Below are positions 1-10,836 of a stretch of DNA of 64,000 bases, piece after piece. The position numbers and the translations under genes were made by a program. Where the stretch lies: NCBI GenBank assembly GCA_002328025.1, contig DCVE01000013.1:42579-106578 (forward strand), read 5' to 3'. The DNA comes from Patescibacteria group bacterium UBA2196 (GTDB lineage Bacteria > Patescibacteriota > Patescibacteriia > UBA2196). How positions within the stretch are numbered: position 1 is the first letter of the stretch; each line of letters opens with the position of its first letter. The notes under the pieces are model-generated. The model was not told the DNA's origin, ran no database searches, and was given only the letters and a program-made list of their open reading frames with translations.

Positions 1-1
1 A

Positions 2-406
2 GCAATTGTTTATCATGATTATTATTTTCCGACCACTAAAAATAAAAATCGTTATTTTTTGATGGAGAAAAACAGGTTGTATATAATTTTAAAATTTTAT
101 AAACTCAAAACTCTATTGTTAATTTGGCCAATGTTGCTTTTTATGGATTTGGGACAACTTTATTTTGCTTTAAAAAGTGGTTATTTTTGGCAGTGGTTAG
201 AGGTTCATTTTTGGTTTTTAATTAATATAAAATCTTGGCTAAAAGCTCGTAAAAAAATTCAAGTGGCAAGAGAAATTGACGACGTTGAGTTGACAAAGAA
301 TTTTGTCAGTCAAATAAAGTTTCAAGAGGTTAGTAATTTTTTGTTAGACAAAATTGCTAATCCAGTTATGAAATTTTATTGGCAGCAGATTAAAAAATTT
401 ATTTAA
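2..406 (+). CDS. GT2 family glycosyltransferase, C-terminal part (truncated by the window edge)
   Basis: Frame is open from base 2 (AIVYHDYYF...RYFLMEKNRL), resembling the vxH..Y...RN tail of GT2 rhamnosyltransferase-like enzymes; lies in a GT cluster. Confidence 0.75.
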   Translation, partial: AIVYHDYYFPTTKNKNRYFLMEKNRLYIILKFYKLKTLLLIWPMLLFMDLGQLYFALKSGYFWQWLEVHFWFLINIKSWLKARKKIQVAREIDDVELTKNFVSQIKFQEVSNFLLDKIANPVMKFYWQQIKKFI

Positions 407-413
407 TTTTTTT

Positions 414-1529
414 ATGAAAATAGCTCAAATAACGTGTGTTTATCCGCCTTATGGTGGTGGAATTGGAAAAGTTGCCGCCATGCAAAGCAATGGTTTGTCT
501 GAATATGGTGAAAGCGTGGAGGTGTTTACGCCTGACTTTGGTGGTGAAAAAATAACAGGCAAAAATTTTAAAATTAATTACTTGAAGCCGGTTGTCAAAT
601 ATGGTAACGCGGCTTTTTTGCCGCAACTTTTATGGCGACTAAAAGGTTTTGATACAATAATTTTACATTATCCTTTTTTTGGTACACTAGAAATCTTATG
701 GTTTATAAAAAAAATCGGTTTTTGGAGAGGTAAGATTTTTGTTTATTATCACATGGATTTTATACCAACAAATTTATTTTTGAAGTTTTTTTCTTTACCT
801 AGTCGTATGATTTTAAAATCATTTTTAAAAATGGCCGTCAAAATTATGGTGCAGTCACTTGATTATACGATGCATTCTAAATTAAAAAATTTTTATTTGG
901 CGTATAAAGATAAATTTGTAGAAATAGCTTTGGGAGCTGATTTAAAACCAATAGTTTATAAACAACAACAGATGGTCAATGAAAATTTTATTTTGTTTGT
1001 GGGCGGAATGGATCGGGCGCATTATTTTAAAGGGGTGGATGTTTTATTAAACGCATTTAGCCAATTAGTTTTACAACACCAAAAGATAAAACTGTTTTTA
1101 GTTGGCGATGGTGATTTACGGGCAGAATATGAAAAATTAGCTATGGATTTGGGTTTAACAGAAAAAGTAAAATTTTTTGGCAGAGTAAATGATGTAGAAA
1201 AAGAACAGCTTTATAGTGAATGTGAATTTTTAGTTTTACCGTCGATTAATTCCGGTGAGGCATTTGGTATGGTATTGGTGGAGGCCATGACTTATAACAA
1301 AGCAGTTGTGGCAACGGATTTGTCTGGTGTGCGCATGGTGTGTAAAGACGGAATTAATGGGCTTTTAGCGCGGCCTGGAGATATAAAAGATTTAGCAGAA
1401 AAAATGCAGATACTTTTGGCAGATCAAAAATTACGCAGTAGGTTTGGCGAAGCTGGCAGAAAAATGGTAGAAGAAAAATTTAATTGGAAAGCGCATGTTA
1501 ATAAGTTGGAAGAAATTTTAAATTTTTAA
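414..1529 (+). CDS. GT4 family glycosyltransferase
   Basis: N-terminal YPPYGGGI; GT-B signature EAFGMVLVEAM. Confidence 0.93.
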   Translation: MKIAQITCVYPPYGGGIGKVAAMQSNGLSEYGESVEVFTPDFGGEKITGKNFKINYLKPVVKYGNAAFLPQLLWRLKGFDTIILHYPFFGTLEILWFIKKIGFWRGKIFVYYHMDFIPTNLFLKFFSLPSRMILKSFLKMAVKIMVQSLDYTMHSKLKNFYLAYKDKFVEIALGADLKPIVYKQQQMVNENFILFVGGMDRAHYFKGVDVLLNAFSQLVLQHQKIKLFLVGDGDLRAEYEKLAMDLGLTEKVKFFGRVNDVEKEQLYSECEFLVLPSINSGEAFGMVLVEAMTYNKAVVATDLSGVRMVCKDGINGLLARPGDIKDLAEKMQILLADQKLRSRFGEAGRKMVEEKFNWKAHVNKLEEILNF

Positions 1530-1532
1530 TTT

Positions 1533-2249
1533 ATGGTTTATATTGTTATTCCAACCTATAATGAAAAAGAAAATATTGAAAAATTGGTACGCGAAATTTG
1601 TAAACAACCAATTAGAGGTCTACGTGTTTTAATTGTGGATGACAATTCTCCCGATGGCACCGGTAAAATAGCCGATAAACTAAGTTTAGAATTACCGGTG
1701 GATGTTTTACATCGTGAAAAAAAACAGGGTTTGGGCGTGGCCTATCGAGCGGGATTTAAATATGCTTTGCAAAAAGGCGCTGATTTTATTTTTGAAATGG
1801 ATGCTGATTTTTCGCATCAGCCTCAAGATTTATCGCGGTTGCTTCTAGAATGTCAAAATGGTGCGGCTTTAGCTATTGGTTCACGAAAGGTTAAGGGCGG
1901 CAAGATTATAGGTTGGAATTTTAAAAGAAAATTATACTCCAACGGTGCCATGTGGCTGGCTAAAATTTTATTAGGTTTAAAAACACGTGATATTACGGCT
2001 GGTTTTCGCTGTTTTCGAGCCGAAACTTTAAAAAAGATAGATTATGAGAATATCCAGAGTAATGGCTATGCTTTCCAAGTAGAAATGGTTTATCGTTTAG
2101 AAAAAGCTGGTCTAAAAATTACAGAAGTGCCAGTCGTTTTTCCAGATCGAGAATTTGGAAAATCAAAGTTGAATAGAAAAGATATAATTGAATTTTTTAG
2201 GAAAGTATTTAAACTTTTTTTGTATCGTATTTGTAAAAATAAAGTATGA
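1533..2249 (+). CDS. Polyprenol-phosphate mannose/hexose synthase (GT2, Dpm1-like)
   Basis: IPTYNEKENI, VDDNSPDGT, EMDADFSH, DITAGFR and GYAFQVE motifs. Confidence 0.93.
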   Translation: MVYIVIPTYNEKENIEKLVREICKQPIRGLRVLIVDDNSPDGTGKIADKLSLELPVDVLHREKKQGLGVAYRAGFKYALQKGADFIFEMDADFSHQPQDLSRLLLECQNGAALAIGSRKVKGGKIIGWNFKRKLYSNGAMWLAKILLGLKTRDITAGFRCFRAETLKKIDYENIQSNGYAFQVEMVYRLEKAGLKITEVPVVFPDREFGKSKLNRKDIIEFFRKVFKLFLYRICKNKV

Positions 2250-3601
2250 ATTATTTATTGAAAAACAAATTTAATATTTTATTTGTAGTATTTTTTTTGT
2301 TGCTCTTTGCTTTTCGTTTACATAATGCTATAAATTTTAATTCTTACTGGGGTTATGATGGTGGAGCGCATTTGGAATACATAAAAACTGCGATGCAAAA
2401 CTGGAGACTGCCGACAATGGCAGAAAACTATTTGGCCTGGCATGAGCCGGGTTTTTATTTTTTAAACGCTTTATTGGGGTGGGCAACGCAACCAATTTGT
2501 CAGGCTAACTTTTTGGGTTGTACAATTAAAATTTTACAAATAATCTCTTCTTTTATAAGTGTTTTTTTAATTTTTTTAGTTTATAAAATAGCACAAAAGT
2601 TTTCAAGTGATAAAAAAGTTTGGCTGGCGTCCGTAATTGGTAGCAGTTTAATTTCGGTGATGACCGAAACGGCCAATTATTTGACCAATGAATTATGGGT
2701 GGCTTTTTTAACACTCTTATTAATTTATTATTTTATTATTTTTTCACAAAAAGGCTGGAACAAAAAAAGAATTATTTTAATGGGCATACTTTCTGGTGTG
2801 GCCTTGTTAATAAAATTGTCGGCAGTTATCTTTGTGTTGGCGCTTTTGATATGGTTTGTTTATAAAGCCTTTTATGAGTGCAAAATTAAATGGTTGTGGT
2901 ATGGCTTATTGTTTTTAGTGGTGGCGGGCGGTATTTATGCGCCGTGGATTTTTTATAAACAAAAACATTTTGGGAATGGTTTGTCTATAAATATTTATGA
3001 AGACCAACTTAATGACAAAGGAATTTTATCTAAAAATTTTTTTTTGCACGTTAGTGGTGAGATATTTAGGCAGCCGTTTTGGATGAGTTCAAAAGATTCT
3101 TTTTTTAGTGTGGTGTTTGCCGATGCTTTTAGCGATTATTATACAATTGCCAATAATGTTGATAAAAATAATTTAAATTTTCCAGCCGACCAGAAAATTT
3201 TGACTGAAAGCGGTAATTTGGTAAGTGTTAAAAAATTTCAATTTTCAATTTTATTGTTATATTTTTCTTTGGTGTTTATTTTTATTTTTGCTGCTGGCGT
3301 GCTAGGATTATTTTGGTATTGGATAAAAAATGGTTTTAGACCGAATGTTAACTTTTTCTTTCTAATTTTTATTGGTGGTTCTTTTTTAGCCCTGGCTTTT
3401 AATGTGTACAAATTTCCGTTTTTGGAGCGCGGAACTTTAAAAGCGAGTTTTATTCTGTCAGTTTGGCCGTTACTCATGATTATCAGCTGGGCCTGGCTGA
3501 GTATGGTTTTAAAAAAATTTAAATTTGAATTTTTATGGTTAGCGGTTTGGTTTTTGATTTTAATTTGGTCAGTTTTTTCTGTGGCTATTAATTGGATATA
3601 A
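2246..3601 (+). CDS. Multi-TM GT-C fold glycosyltransferase (PMT/ArnT-like)
   Basis: About 10-12 hydrophobic segments; YD...H in the first loop and an HEPGFY motif; ATGA overlap with the Dpm1-like gene. Confidence 0.75.
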   Translation: MNYLLKNKFNILFVVFFLLLFAFRLHNAINFNSYWGYDGGAHLEYIKTAMQNWRLPTMAENYLAWHEPGFYFLNALLGWATQPICQANFLGCTIKILQIISSFISVFLIFLVYKIAQKFSSDKKVWLASVIGSSLISVMTETANYLTNELWVAFLTLLLIYYFIIFSQKGWNKKRIILMGILSGVALLIKLSAVIFVLALLIWFVYKAFYECKIKWLWYGLLFLVVAGGIYAPWIFYKQKHFGNGLSINIYEDQLNDKGILSKNFFLHVSGEIFRQPFWMSSKDSFFSVVFADAFSDYYTIANNVDKNNLNFPADQKILTESGNLVSVKKFQFSILLLYFSLVFIFIFAAGVLGLFWYWIKNGFRPNVNFFFLIFIGGSFLALAFNVYKFPFLERGTLKASFILSVWPLLMIISWAWLSMVLKKFKFEFLWLAVWFLILIWSVFSVAINWI

Positions 3602-3607
3602 TATTTT

Positions 3608-4792
3608 ATGAAAATTTGTTTAATCAATAATTTATACGATCCCTATACCAAAGGTGGGGCAGAAACAGTGGTAAAAGCTACAGCTGATGGTTTGGTTAAA
3701 AACGGACACACCGTCATGATAATTACCGCCGGTAGAAAAGATGAAACAATTGAGCAAGATATTAAAATTTACCGCATCAGGGCGTGGAATTTTTTTTCTT
3801 TTTTTGACATTGATAAAAAACCAGCTTTTCTGCGTTTAGTGTGGTGGTTTTTTAATATTTTTAATTTAAGTGTTGTTAAAAAAGTTGAAAGAATTTTACA
3901 ACAAGAACACCCAGATTTGGTGCATACGCACAACTTAAGTGGTTTGAGTTTTTTATTACCACGCAGTATTAAAAAATTAAAAATAAAACACATCCATACT
4001 TTGCATGATATTCAATTGGTTTATCCGTCTGGGCAATTAATTTATGATCAAGAAAAGAATTTTATTAACACCTTTTTTTTAAGGGTTTGGTATGAAAAAT
4101 TAGTACGTACGTTGTTTAATTCGCCACAAATAATTATTTCACCTTCGCAGTGGCTGTTAGATTTTTATCTGAAAAAGAATTTTTTTACCCACAGTCAAAA
4201 GGAATTGGTTTTAAACCCAAGCACTCAAATTTTTGATGGTCAACTTAGATTACCAAAAATTAAAGTTGATGAATTTAATTTTTTATATGTGGGCAGGGTG
4301 GAAGAATATAAAGGGATTATGTTATTAATACAAGCTTTTAAAAAAATATCCATGAGTGATAAAAAGGTTTTTTTACACATTGCTGGTACTGGACGCGAAA
4401 TGAAAAAAGCACATAGTTTGGCTGCAGAAAGCGAAAATATTTTTTTCTATGGTCAATTAGAAAGAGAACGTTTGACAGATTTGTACGGACAGGCGCAAGT
4501 TTTGATATTACCAACTTTGACCTATGAAAACGCGCCAACAGTTATTGTGGAAGCTTTTAGCCGTGGTTTGCCTGTTATTGCCTCTAATCTTGGCGGGATT
4601 ATTGAATTAGTACAAGAAGATAAGACGGGTTTTTTGTTTAAACCAGGCGACATTGAGGGTTTGGTAAAAACCATGTTGAATGTTTTAGATAATGACAACC
4701 TAAATAATTTAAGTCAGAATTGTTGGCAACGCGCTAAAAAACATAATTTAGACATGTATATAAAAAGGCTGGAAGAAATTTATTTAAGCTAA
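3608..4792 (+). CDS. GT4 family glycosyltransferase
   Basis: GGAE, HTHN, TLHD and ENAPTVIVEAF motifs. Confidence 0.93.
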   Translation: MKICLINNLYDPYTKGGAETVVKATADGLVKNGHTVMIITAGRKDETIEQDIKIYRIRAWNFFSFFDIDKKPAFLRLVWWFFNIFNLSVVKKVERILQQEHPDLVHTHNLSGLSFLLPRSIKKLKIKHIHTLHDIQLVYPSGQLIYDQEKNFINTFFLRVWYEKLVRTLFNSPQIIISPSQWLLDFYLKKNFFTHSQKELVLNPSTQIFDGQLRLPKIKVDEFNFLYVGRVEEYKGIMLLIQAFKKISMSDKKVFLHIAGTGREMKKAHSLAAESENIFFYGQLERERLTDLYGQAQVLILPTLTYENAPTVIVEAFSRGLPVIASNLGGIIELVQEDKTGFLFKPGDIEGLVKTMLNVLDNDNLNNLSQNCWQRAKKHNLDMYIKRLEEIYLS

Positions 4793-4829
4793 TTTGCTTA
4801 GATATTTTTTTTGTGTCATAATGTTTTAT

Positions 4830-5501
4830 ATGTCAGATAATAAAGAAAAAACTCAACAGCTTTTGGAAGAAAAAATTAAAGCCTTAAATGAAGCACCAGA
4901 TTTTAAGGAATATTTTAAATTGACGCGCGACATAAATCGCGAGTTTATTGGTACTTGGGAGTTTATAGAAAAATTTTTGGAGCCCGATCCGATTTTATCT
5001 TATAAATTTTTGATTGAAAGTTTTGGTAAAAAAGCTGAATTAGACAAAGAAAATAATAAATTAGAAAAAGATAAAGAAGAAACGATAGAAAAGTTTACTA
5101 AGCAGGTTTTGGATCTTTTTGAAAAACGTGATTTTGAAAAAACTACGCAGCAGCTTTTTTATGTATTACTGGGTAATGTGATGGAACACGTTGGTCAAGC
5201 CGAAACTGATGTAAATAAATTTAATTTAGAAACTGATCTGTACCCAAAATTAAAAATGCCTTTGTCGTTGGCGTTTTTTATGTTTCAAAATTTGGCCTTT
5301 GGGCCAGTCGCTGCCAAAATTAACACCTTAAGTCCAGAGTATTTAAGAAAATATTGCGCATTGGTTTTGGGTTTGTGGCGGACTGTATTTGAACTGATGG
5401 CCTATGAAAGACACATGGCTAAACATGATAAAGGACACCATGCAACCCACCAACATGATGATATGGTGATAAAAAATGATGCACAAAAGGAGCAAGAGTA
5501 A
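4830..5501 (+). CDS. Hypothetical helical protein with a His-rich C-terminus
   Basis: Long ORF; start moved to ATG 4830 because TTGCTT-17-CATAAT (4794-4822) lies just upstream; hairpin plus T-tract at about 5550-5578. Confidence 0.7.
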   Translation: MSDNKEKTQQLLEEKIKALNEAPDFKEYFKLTRDINREFIGTWEFIEKFLEPDPILSYKFLIESFGKKAELDKENNKLEKDKEETIEKFTKQVLDLFEKRDFEKTTQQLFYVLLGNVMEHVGQAETDVNKFNLETDLYPKLKMPLSLAFFMFQNLAFGPVAAKINTLSPEYLRKYCALVLGLWRTVFELMAYERHMAKHDKGHHATHQHDDMVIKNDAQKEQE

Positions 5502-5616
5502 GAATAAATGCAATTAATTTTTTGAATTAACTATTACGGATTAGGAAAATAGATTCACTTTTGGGGTGGATCTTTTTTGACAAAAACCTTATTTTTTGTT
5601 AATATAAATATTGTCT

Positions 5617-5990
5617 AAGGGGTGGGTGAGCAATCGCCCTAATATCCGCTAATTGGTGGATTGTTGGGGAGGAAAGTCCGGACGCCACACAAAGGATAGT
5701 TCTGAAACAGAACCGAGCATAAGAAATACAAGAAAAATAAGTTACGATCGTTTTATTTTTCTTGGTCAATTTTAAAACTCCGAGCAAGCGCCACAGAAAA
5801 TAAACCGCCTTGTTAGTTAAAAGACTCACGAGGTAAGGATGAAACCGCGGTGTAAGAGACCACGCGCTTCTATGGTGACATAGATTTGGGTAAGCCTTAT
5901 CCGGCGCAAGTCCCTTTAAAAGGACGCGTTAGATAGATGATTGCATTCCGTTTAGACGGAAACAGAATCCGGCTTATGATCCCACCCTTT
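5617..5990 (+). ncRNA. rnpB: RNase P RNA (compact type)
   Basis: GAGGAAAGTCCGG (P4 5' strand), GCGCCACAGAAAA, TGTAAGAGAC, ACAGAATCCGGCTTA (P4 3' strand); terminal P1 pairing GGGTGGG/CCCACCC; TTGACA at 5577. Confidence 0.96.
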
Positions 5991-6012
5991 GGATATATAA
6001 GAATTTTAATTT

Positions 6013-7404
6013 ATGAAAAAAAATGATTTGACCTTTTCAGCTATTTTGGTGCCTTTGGACTATGTTATGTTGATAGCGGCGGCAACAGCTGCCTATTTTT
6101 TGCGTTATGTTTCATGGATCCAGACAATCAGGCCGGTGATTTTTAATTTGGAATTTAATCAATATTTTAATTATGTGTGTTTAATTGCTGTGGGTTGGTT
6201 AGTTATTTTTATTATTGCCGGGTTGTATCAAATTAAGGGTCCGACAAAAATTTTTGACGAGGTAGGTAAAATTTTTTTGGCTTGTTCAACCGGGATGTTG
6301 GCAGTTATTGTTGGAGCGTTTTTTTCGCGTGAACTTTTTAATTCACGTTTTATTTTGTTGGCAGCTTGGATTTTTTCAATTGTGTTTGTGTTATTAGCCA
6401 GATTAATTGTGCGTTTGGTACAATACATTTTGTTGGGTAAGGGTTTGGGAGTCAGGCGGGTGGTAATGATCGGCGCAAACGATTCAGCAGATGATATCGC
6501 TAAGGAAATGTATAGAAATAAACGTTTGGGATATTTGTTGGTGGCTCGTTTTGATGATTTTAATAATGGCACATCAGAAGAATTAGATAAACTTTATCAA
6601 GCTAATAGATTTGATGAAATTATTCAAGCAGATGCCGGTTTGAGTCGTGAACAAAACATGGCATTGTTAGATTTTGCGGACGAAAAACATTTAGTTTTTA
6701 AGTATGCAGCTGATTTTTTTACTACCCAAAGTCCCAGAGTTGATTTGTATACCATTGCTGGTGTACCAGTTGTAGAGGTAAAGCGCACAGTTTTGGATGG
6801 CTGGGGAAAAATTTTAAAACGCGTTTTTGATATTTTTTTTGCCATACTGTCTTTAATTATTTTAATACCGCTGTTTTTGATTATTGCGTTGCTGGTTAAA
6901 GTTGATTCCGTGGGCTCAGTATTTTATGGACAAAAAAGAGTGGGGGTTAAGGGTCAGACGATTATAATTTGGAAGTTCAGATCAATGATAAAAAACGCTG
7001 ATGCTTTGAAAGATAAATTATTGGTGCACAATGAAAGAAAAGATGGTCCGCTTTTTAAAATAACCGATGATCCGCGCTTAACTCGGGTTGGTAAAATTTT
7101 GCGACAATGGAGTCTTGATGAATTACCGCAATTATGGAATGTTTTGCGTGGCAGCATGAGCCTAGTTGGTCCGCGGCCACACTTACCAAAAGAAGTTCAA
7201 AATTATGAAAAACAGCAGAAGAAATTATTAAATATTAAACCGGGTATAACCGGTTTGGCACAGGTTTCCGGTCGTTCAGATTTAGAGTTTGCGGAAGAAG
7301 CGCGTTTGGATATTTTTTATATTGAAAATTGGTCTTTTTGGCTGGACTTAATTATTTTAATTAAAACTCCGTGGGTAGTTTTAGCCCGCAAAGGAGCAAA
7401 ATAA
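6013..7404 (+). CDS. Polyprenyl-phosphate sugar phosphotransferase (WcaJ/WbaP-like priming transferase)
   Basis: 4 N-terminal TMs; [35 protein letters not shown] and [10 protein letters not shown] motifs. Confidence 0.95.
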   Translation: MKKNDLTFSAILVPLDYVMLIAAATAAYFLRYVSWIQTIRPVIFNLEFNQYFNYVCLIAVGWLVIFIIAGLYQIKGPTKIFDEVGKIFLACSTGMLAVIVGAFFSRELFNSRFILLAAWIFSIVFVLLARLIVRLVQYILLGKGLGVRRVVMIGANDSADDIAKEMYRNKRLGYLLVARFDDFNNGTSEELDKLYQANRFDEIIQADAGLSREQNMALLDFADEKHLVFKYAADFFTTQSPRVDLYTIAGVPVVEVKRTVLDGWGKILKRVFDIFFAILSLIILIPLFLIIALLVKVDSVGSVFYGQKRVGVKGQTIIIWKFRSMIKNADALKDKLLVHNERKDGPLFKITDDPRLTRVGKILRQWSLDELPQLWNVLRGSMSLVGPRPHLPKEVQNYEKQQKKLLNIKPGITGLAQVSGRSDLEFAEEARLDIFYIENWSFWLDLIILIKTPWVVLARKGAK

Positions 7405-7480
7405 ACTTAAAACAGCCGTGGGGCTATTTTTAGTTGGATTTAAGGTTGTGTTTTGGGTATTAAATTGGTAAGATAAAAAA

Positions 7481-8572
7481 ATGAAAATCGCCCTCATTAA
7501 CGACATGTTGGTTCAAGAAGGCGGGCAAGAAAGAGTGTTGCGCGCTTTGCAAGAGCTTTATCCAGAGAGCCCGACTTTTGTTTTAATTTATGATGAACAA
7601 AAAAAAGCCAAGTATTACAGAGAATCAGATTTAAGGGCTTCTTTTTTACAGCACATGCCAGGTATTAAAACAAAGTATCAATGGTATTTACCACTGATGC
7701 CTATGGCCATAGAAGCACATGATTTAAAAGCTTTTGATGTCATTATTTCTTCCAGCTCATCTTTTGCTAAAGGTGTAATTACTAAACCCGAAACCTCCCA
7801 TATTTGTTATTGTCACACACCAACCAGATATTTGTGGTCTGATTTTAAAGGTTATGTAGAAGACCTACCCTATCCTGGTGTAATTAAGAAATTTTTACCA
7901 TTTTATTTATCTTTTTTGCGTAATTGGGATTGGTCAGCGGCACAACGAGTGGATTATTTTTTGAGTAATTCCAAAAACGTGCAAAGTCGTGTTAAAAAAT
8001 ATTATCAAAAAGATTCGACAATAATTTATCCACCAGTTGAGGTGGAGAAATTTTCTATTGCCAATAAAATTAAAGATTACTATTTAATTGGTGGACGGTT
8101 GGTGCCTTATAAGCGTTATGATGTGGCAATTAAGGCTTTTAATAAATTAGATCTACCACTCAAGGTCTTTGGTACTGGGCCAGAAGCGAATAACCTTAGA
8201 AAGATAGCAAAAAATAATATTGAGTTTTTGGGCGAAGTTACAGATGATGAAAAGATGCAACTATATAGTCAAGCGATAGCTTTTATAAATCCACAAGAAG
8301 AAGATTTTGGTATTACAGCCGTGGAAGCGATGGCAGCCGGTCGTCCGGTAATTGCTTATGAAGCCGGAGGTGCCTTAGAGACAGTTGAGCCAAATTTGAG
8401 TGGAGAATTTTTTGAAGATCAAACTTGGGAAAGTTTGGCTAATACAATCATTCATTTTAAACCAGAGAAATATGATGCACAAAAAATACGTGCGCACGCT
8501 GGACAGTTTAGTAAAGAAAATTTTCAGCGTCAAATGATAGAGTTTGTAGATAAAATTAGTAACAAAAAATAG
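7481..8572 (+). CDS. GT4 family glycosyltransferase (mannosyltransferase-like)
   Basis: YCHTPTRY and EEDFGITAVEAMA motifs. Confidence 0.93.
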   Translation: MKIALINDMLVQEGGQERVLRALQELYPESPTFVLIYDEQKKAKYYRESDLRASFLQHMPGIKTKYQWYLPLMPMAIEAHDLKAFDVIISSSSSFAKGVITKPETSHICYCHTPTRYLWSDFKGYVEDLPYPGVIKKFLPFYLSFLRNWDWSAAQRVDYFLSNSKNVQSRVKKYYQKDSTIIYPPVEVEKFSIANKIKDYYLIGGRLVPYKRYDVAIKAFNKLDLPLKVFGTGPEANNLRKIAKNNIEFLGEVTDDEKMQLYSQAIAFINPQEEDFGITAVEAMAAGRPVIAYEAGGALETVEPNLSGEFFEDQTWESLANTIIHFKPEKYDAQKIRAHAGQFSKENFQRQMIEFVDKISNKK

Positions 8573-8606
8573 AAAAACCCTAAGAATAATAATTTTGAGG
8601 GTTTTT
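8573..8606. terminator. Probable bidirectional intrinsic terminator
   Basis: AAAAACCCT...AGGGTTTTT between convergent genes. Confidence 0.65.
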
Positions 8607-8628
8607 ATTATTGTGAGAATGTTTTTTA

Positions 8629-10713
8629 TTAATACTTAAAAATCCAGGCTTTGCCGGCCATAATTTCCCAGCTTTCCTTGGCAGTGTTTTTGCCATCAAT
8701 TACAAGTTTTTTGTAGTTAGTCCAATAATCATTAAAGATTAAATATATGTTTTGAACACCGGTAAGCTGTTTAGCAGAGCTAATAAATTTTGGTTGAATA
8801 CCTTGATAAGTAATGTCAAGATAAATTTGATAAAGCGGGGAAGATGTTGGTAGGGGATAATAAAAGAGATTGTTATAATATTTTTTGAAACCAAATTCTT
8901 GTAAAGCAGCAGCCGCAGTTGATTGATTGGCTAGAACCACATAATTATCAGTGATATTTTTTTGTTCAACAAGTTGAACGGCCTGTAGATCGGCTGTGGA
9001 TACGCCGTAGCCTTTGTTTTTTTCTAGACGGTCATAACGCGGATAAGAAAAATAAAAAATTGAGACAGCAATAAAAGATAGTGTAAAAATTAATAAGCTA
9101 ATTTTTTTTGAATCATATTTTTTATCCAGTTTAAAAACAGTGGCTAGATATAATAAAAATGGTAAAGCAAAAAAATAGGCAGCATGTACAAAGCGCATGG
9201 GGAAAATATTTTGTTCGTAACTAATTACAGCACTAAAGTTTAGGCATTTTAATAATAAGGCGTTAAATAATAAAATAAAAATAAGCCAAGGAAAAATAAA
9301 TATTTTTTTATCAGTTATTACGGAATGGGTTTTATAAAATTTCCAAAAACCAAGGCTGCTGCCCAGAATTACTAATAAAATAAAATATTTTTTTAATAAA
9401 TATGGTGCATGTAAAAAAGAGTAAAAAGATAAATAATTGTCTTGCGCCAGCCATGTTTTTAATAATTCTTGGGGCCCATTAAAGTTAAAAGTTAAGTTAA
9501 AATTGGGTAACAAAAAAGTGGCGCTCAAAAAAATTATTGGCAGGATAAAAAGAAATATAAGCACAGAAAAATTAAAGACAAGCTTTTGCTGTGGGCGTGT
9601 TTTAAGCCAACACAACCAACAGCACATTAAAGCCGGCAGGCCTGCTAATGGGTGTATGGCTGTAATGCTAAGGCCCAAAAACCACAATTGGTTAATTTTG
9701 AGGGTTGCGGAATTCAGATTTATGAAAACTAGCCAGACAAAAACAATTAAAAAAAGATTGGCTAAGTGTTGAGGTGTGGTAACAAAAAACGAAAATAAAG
9801 TTAGAAGGGCAGCAAACAAGGCCAAAATTTGGGCCATTTTTTTTTCGGCCATTAATTTTAAAAAAGCAAAATAAGTAACCAACGGTATTAACAATGCACC
9901 CAAAATCGGTGCTAAAAATTTGTCAATAATAGTCAAATTTATGTATGAAATTTTGGCGATAAAAACCGTTAAACCATATTGGCCAATGTAATAGGGTGTT
10001 TGGGGTAAAACAAAACCTTGCGTAAAAATTATTTTTTCGGCAACGCGATGAATAAAAGGGTCAAAGCCGTAGCCAATTTGGTAGATTATAACTGCGACGG
10101 AGGCACTTAAAAAAATTTGTAAGACCACCAGGATGATATTTTTGGAAGAGGGGAATTTAATAATTTCAAATAGCACAAGAAAAGTGGCCAAAAAATAGAG
10201 CAAAAAGAACGGTGTTGGTAAAACTGTCCACGGTGAAACAAGCGCTTCAGAACTACTGTTTATGATTAAAAAGTAAAAGAGTGCAATAAAGAGACCTGAA
10301 TAAATTAGGTTAAGAAAAAAAATAATTTTTTTACTATCTTTTTTATTATTTTCTTCACTACTAATGGATGCAAACGGTTGAGTTGGTGTGGTTTGATTAG
10401 CCGGCAAAAAAATAGTCGTCACCAGCGGCATTAATAACACCAAAAAAATTGAAAAATTAGTTAGCCCCAGAGTATAATAAAGAATTACACTGGACAAGAT
10501 TATCTCAGCTATTAAAAAGATAAAACCTAAAAAAAATCGAAAATATTTTTTTTGACTAAAAAAAATTCGTTGACCAAAATAAAAGCTAAAAAAATAAAAA
10601 TAAATTAAAGTCAGAAGTCCGCCCACAAACGGATTTTTGAATGCCAGCATATTTAACACCAAGACTAAAATTATGAGCAGAGGTTGGATTAAAAATTTGA
10701 TTTTTTGTGACAT
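8629..10713 (-). CDS. Large polytopic membrane protein, possibly GT-C-like
   Basis: 694 aa with many TM segments, GYGFDPFIH loop and a soluble C-terminal domain. Confidence 0.7.
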   Translation of the reverse strand: MSQKIKFLIQPLLIILVLVLNMLAFKNPFVGGLLTLIYFYFFSFYFGQRIFFSQKKYFRFFLGFIFLIAEIILSSVILYYTLGLTNFSIFLVLLMPLVTTIFLPANQTTPTQPFASISSEENNKKDSKKIIFFLNLIYSGLFIALFYFLIINSSSEALVSPWTVLPTPFFLLYFLATFLVLFEIIKFPSSKNIILVVLQIFLSASVAVIIYQIGYGFDPFIHRVAEKIIFTQGFVLPQTPYYIGQYGLTVFIAKISYINLTIIDKFLAPILGALLIPLVTYFAFLKLMAEKKMAQILALFAALLTLFSFFVTTPQHLANLFLIVFVWLVFINLNSATLKINQLWFLGLSITAIHPLAGLPALMCCWLCWLKTRPQQKLVFNFSVLIFLFILPIIFLSATFLLPNFNLTFNFNGPQELLKTWLAQDNYLSFYSFLHAPYLLKKYFILLVILGSSLGFWKFYKTHSVITDKKIFIFPWLIFILLFNALLLKCLNFSAVISYEQNIFPMRFVHAAYFFALPFLLYLATVFKLDKKYDSKKISLLIFTLSFIAVSIFYFSYPRYDRLEKNKGYGVSTADLQAVQLVEQKNITDNYVVLANQSTAAAALQEFGFKKYYNNLFYYPLPTSSPLYQIYLDITYQGIQPKFISSAKQLTGVQNIYLIFNDYWTNYKKLVIDGKNTAKESWEIMAGKAWIFKY

Positions 10714-10836
10714 ATTTTATATGCTAATGATACTTTAAAAAATCATGAAAGGCAAATAATCATAACCAGTAAAAAGTAATAAATTAAAGAAAAAGAGCCT
10801 TTTTATTTTGTTGAGTTAAAATGTTATAATACAACC

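Noticed and set aside
2246-2249. Stop-codon reassignment (TGA=Gly, as in some CPR lineages)
   Set aside because: TGA ends genes at ATGA overlaps (2249, 26193, 58792), and conserved genes are full-length under code 11.
5599-5829. 76-aa minus-strand ORF
   Set aside because: It is the antisense of rnpB.
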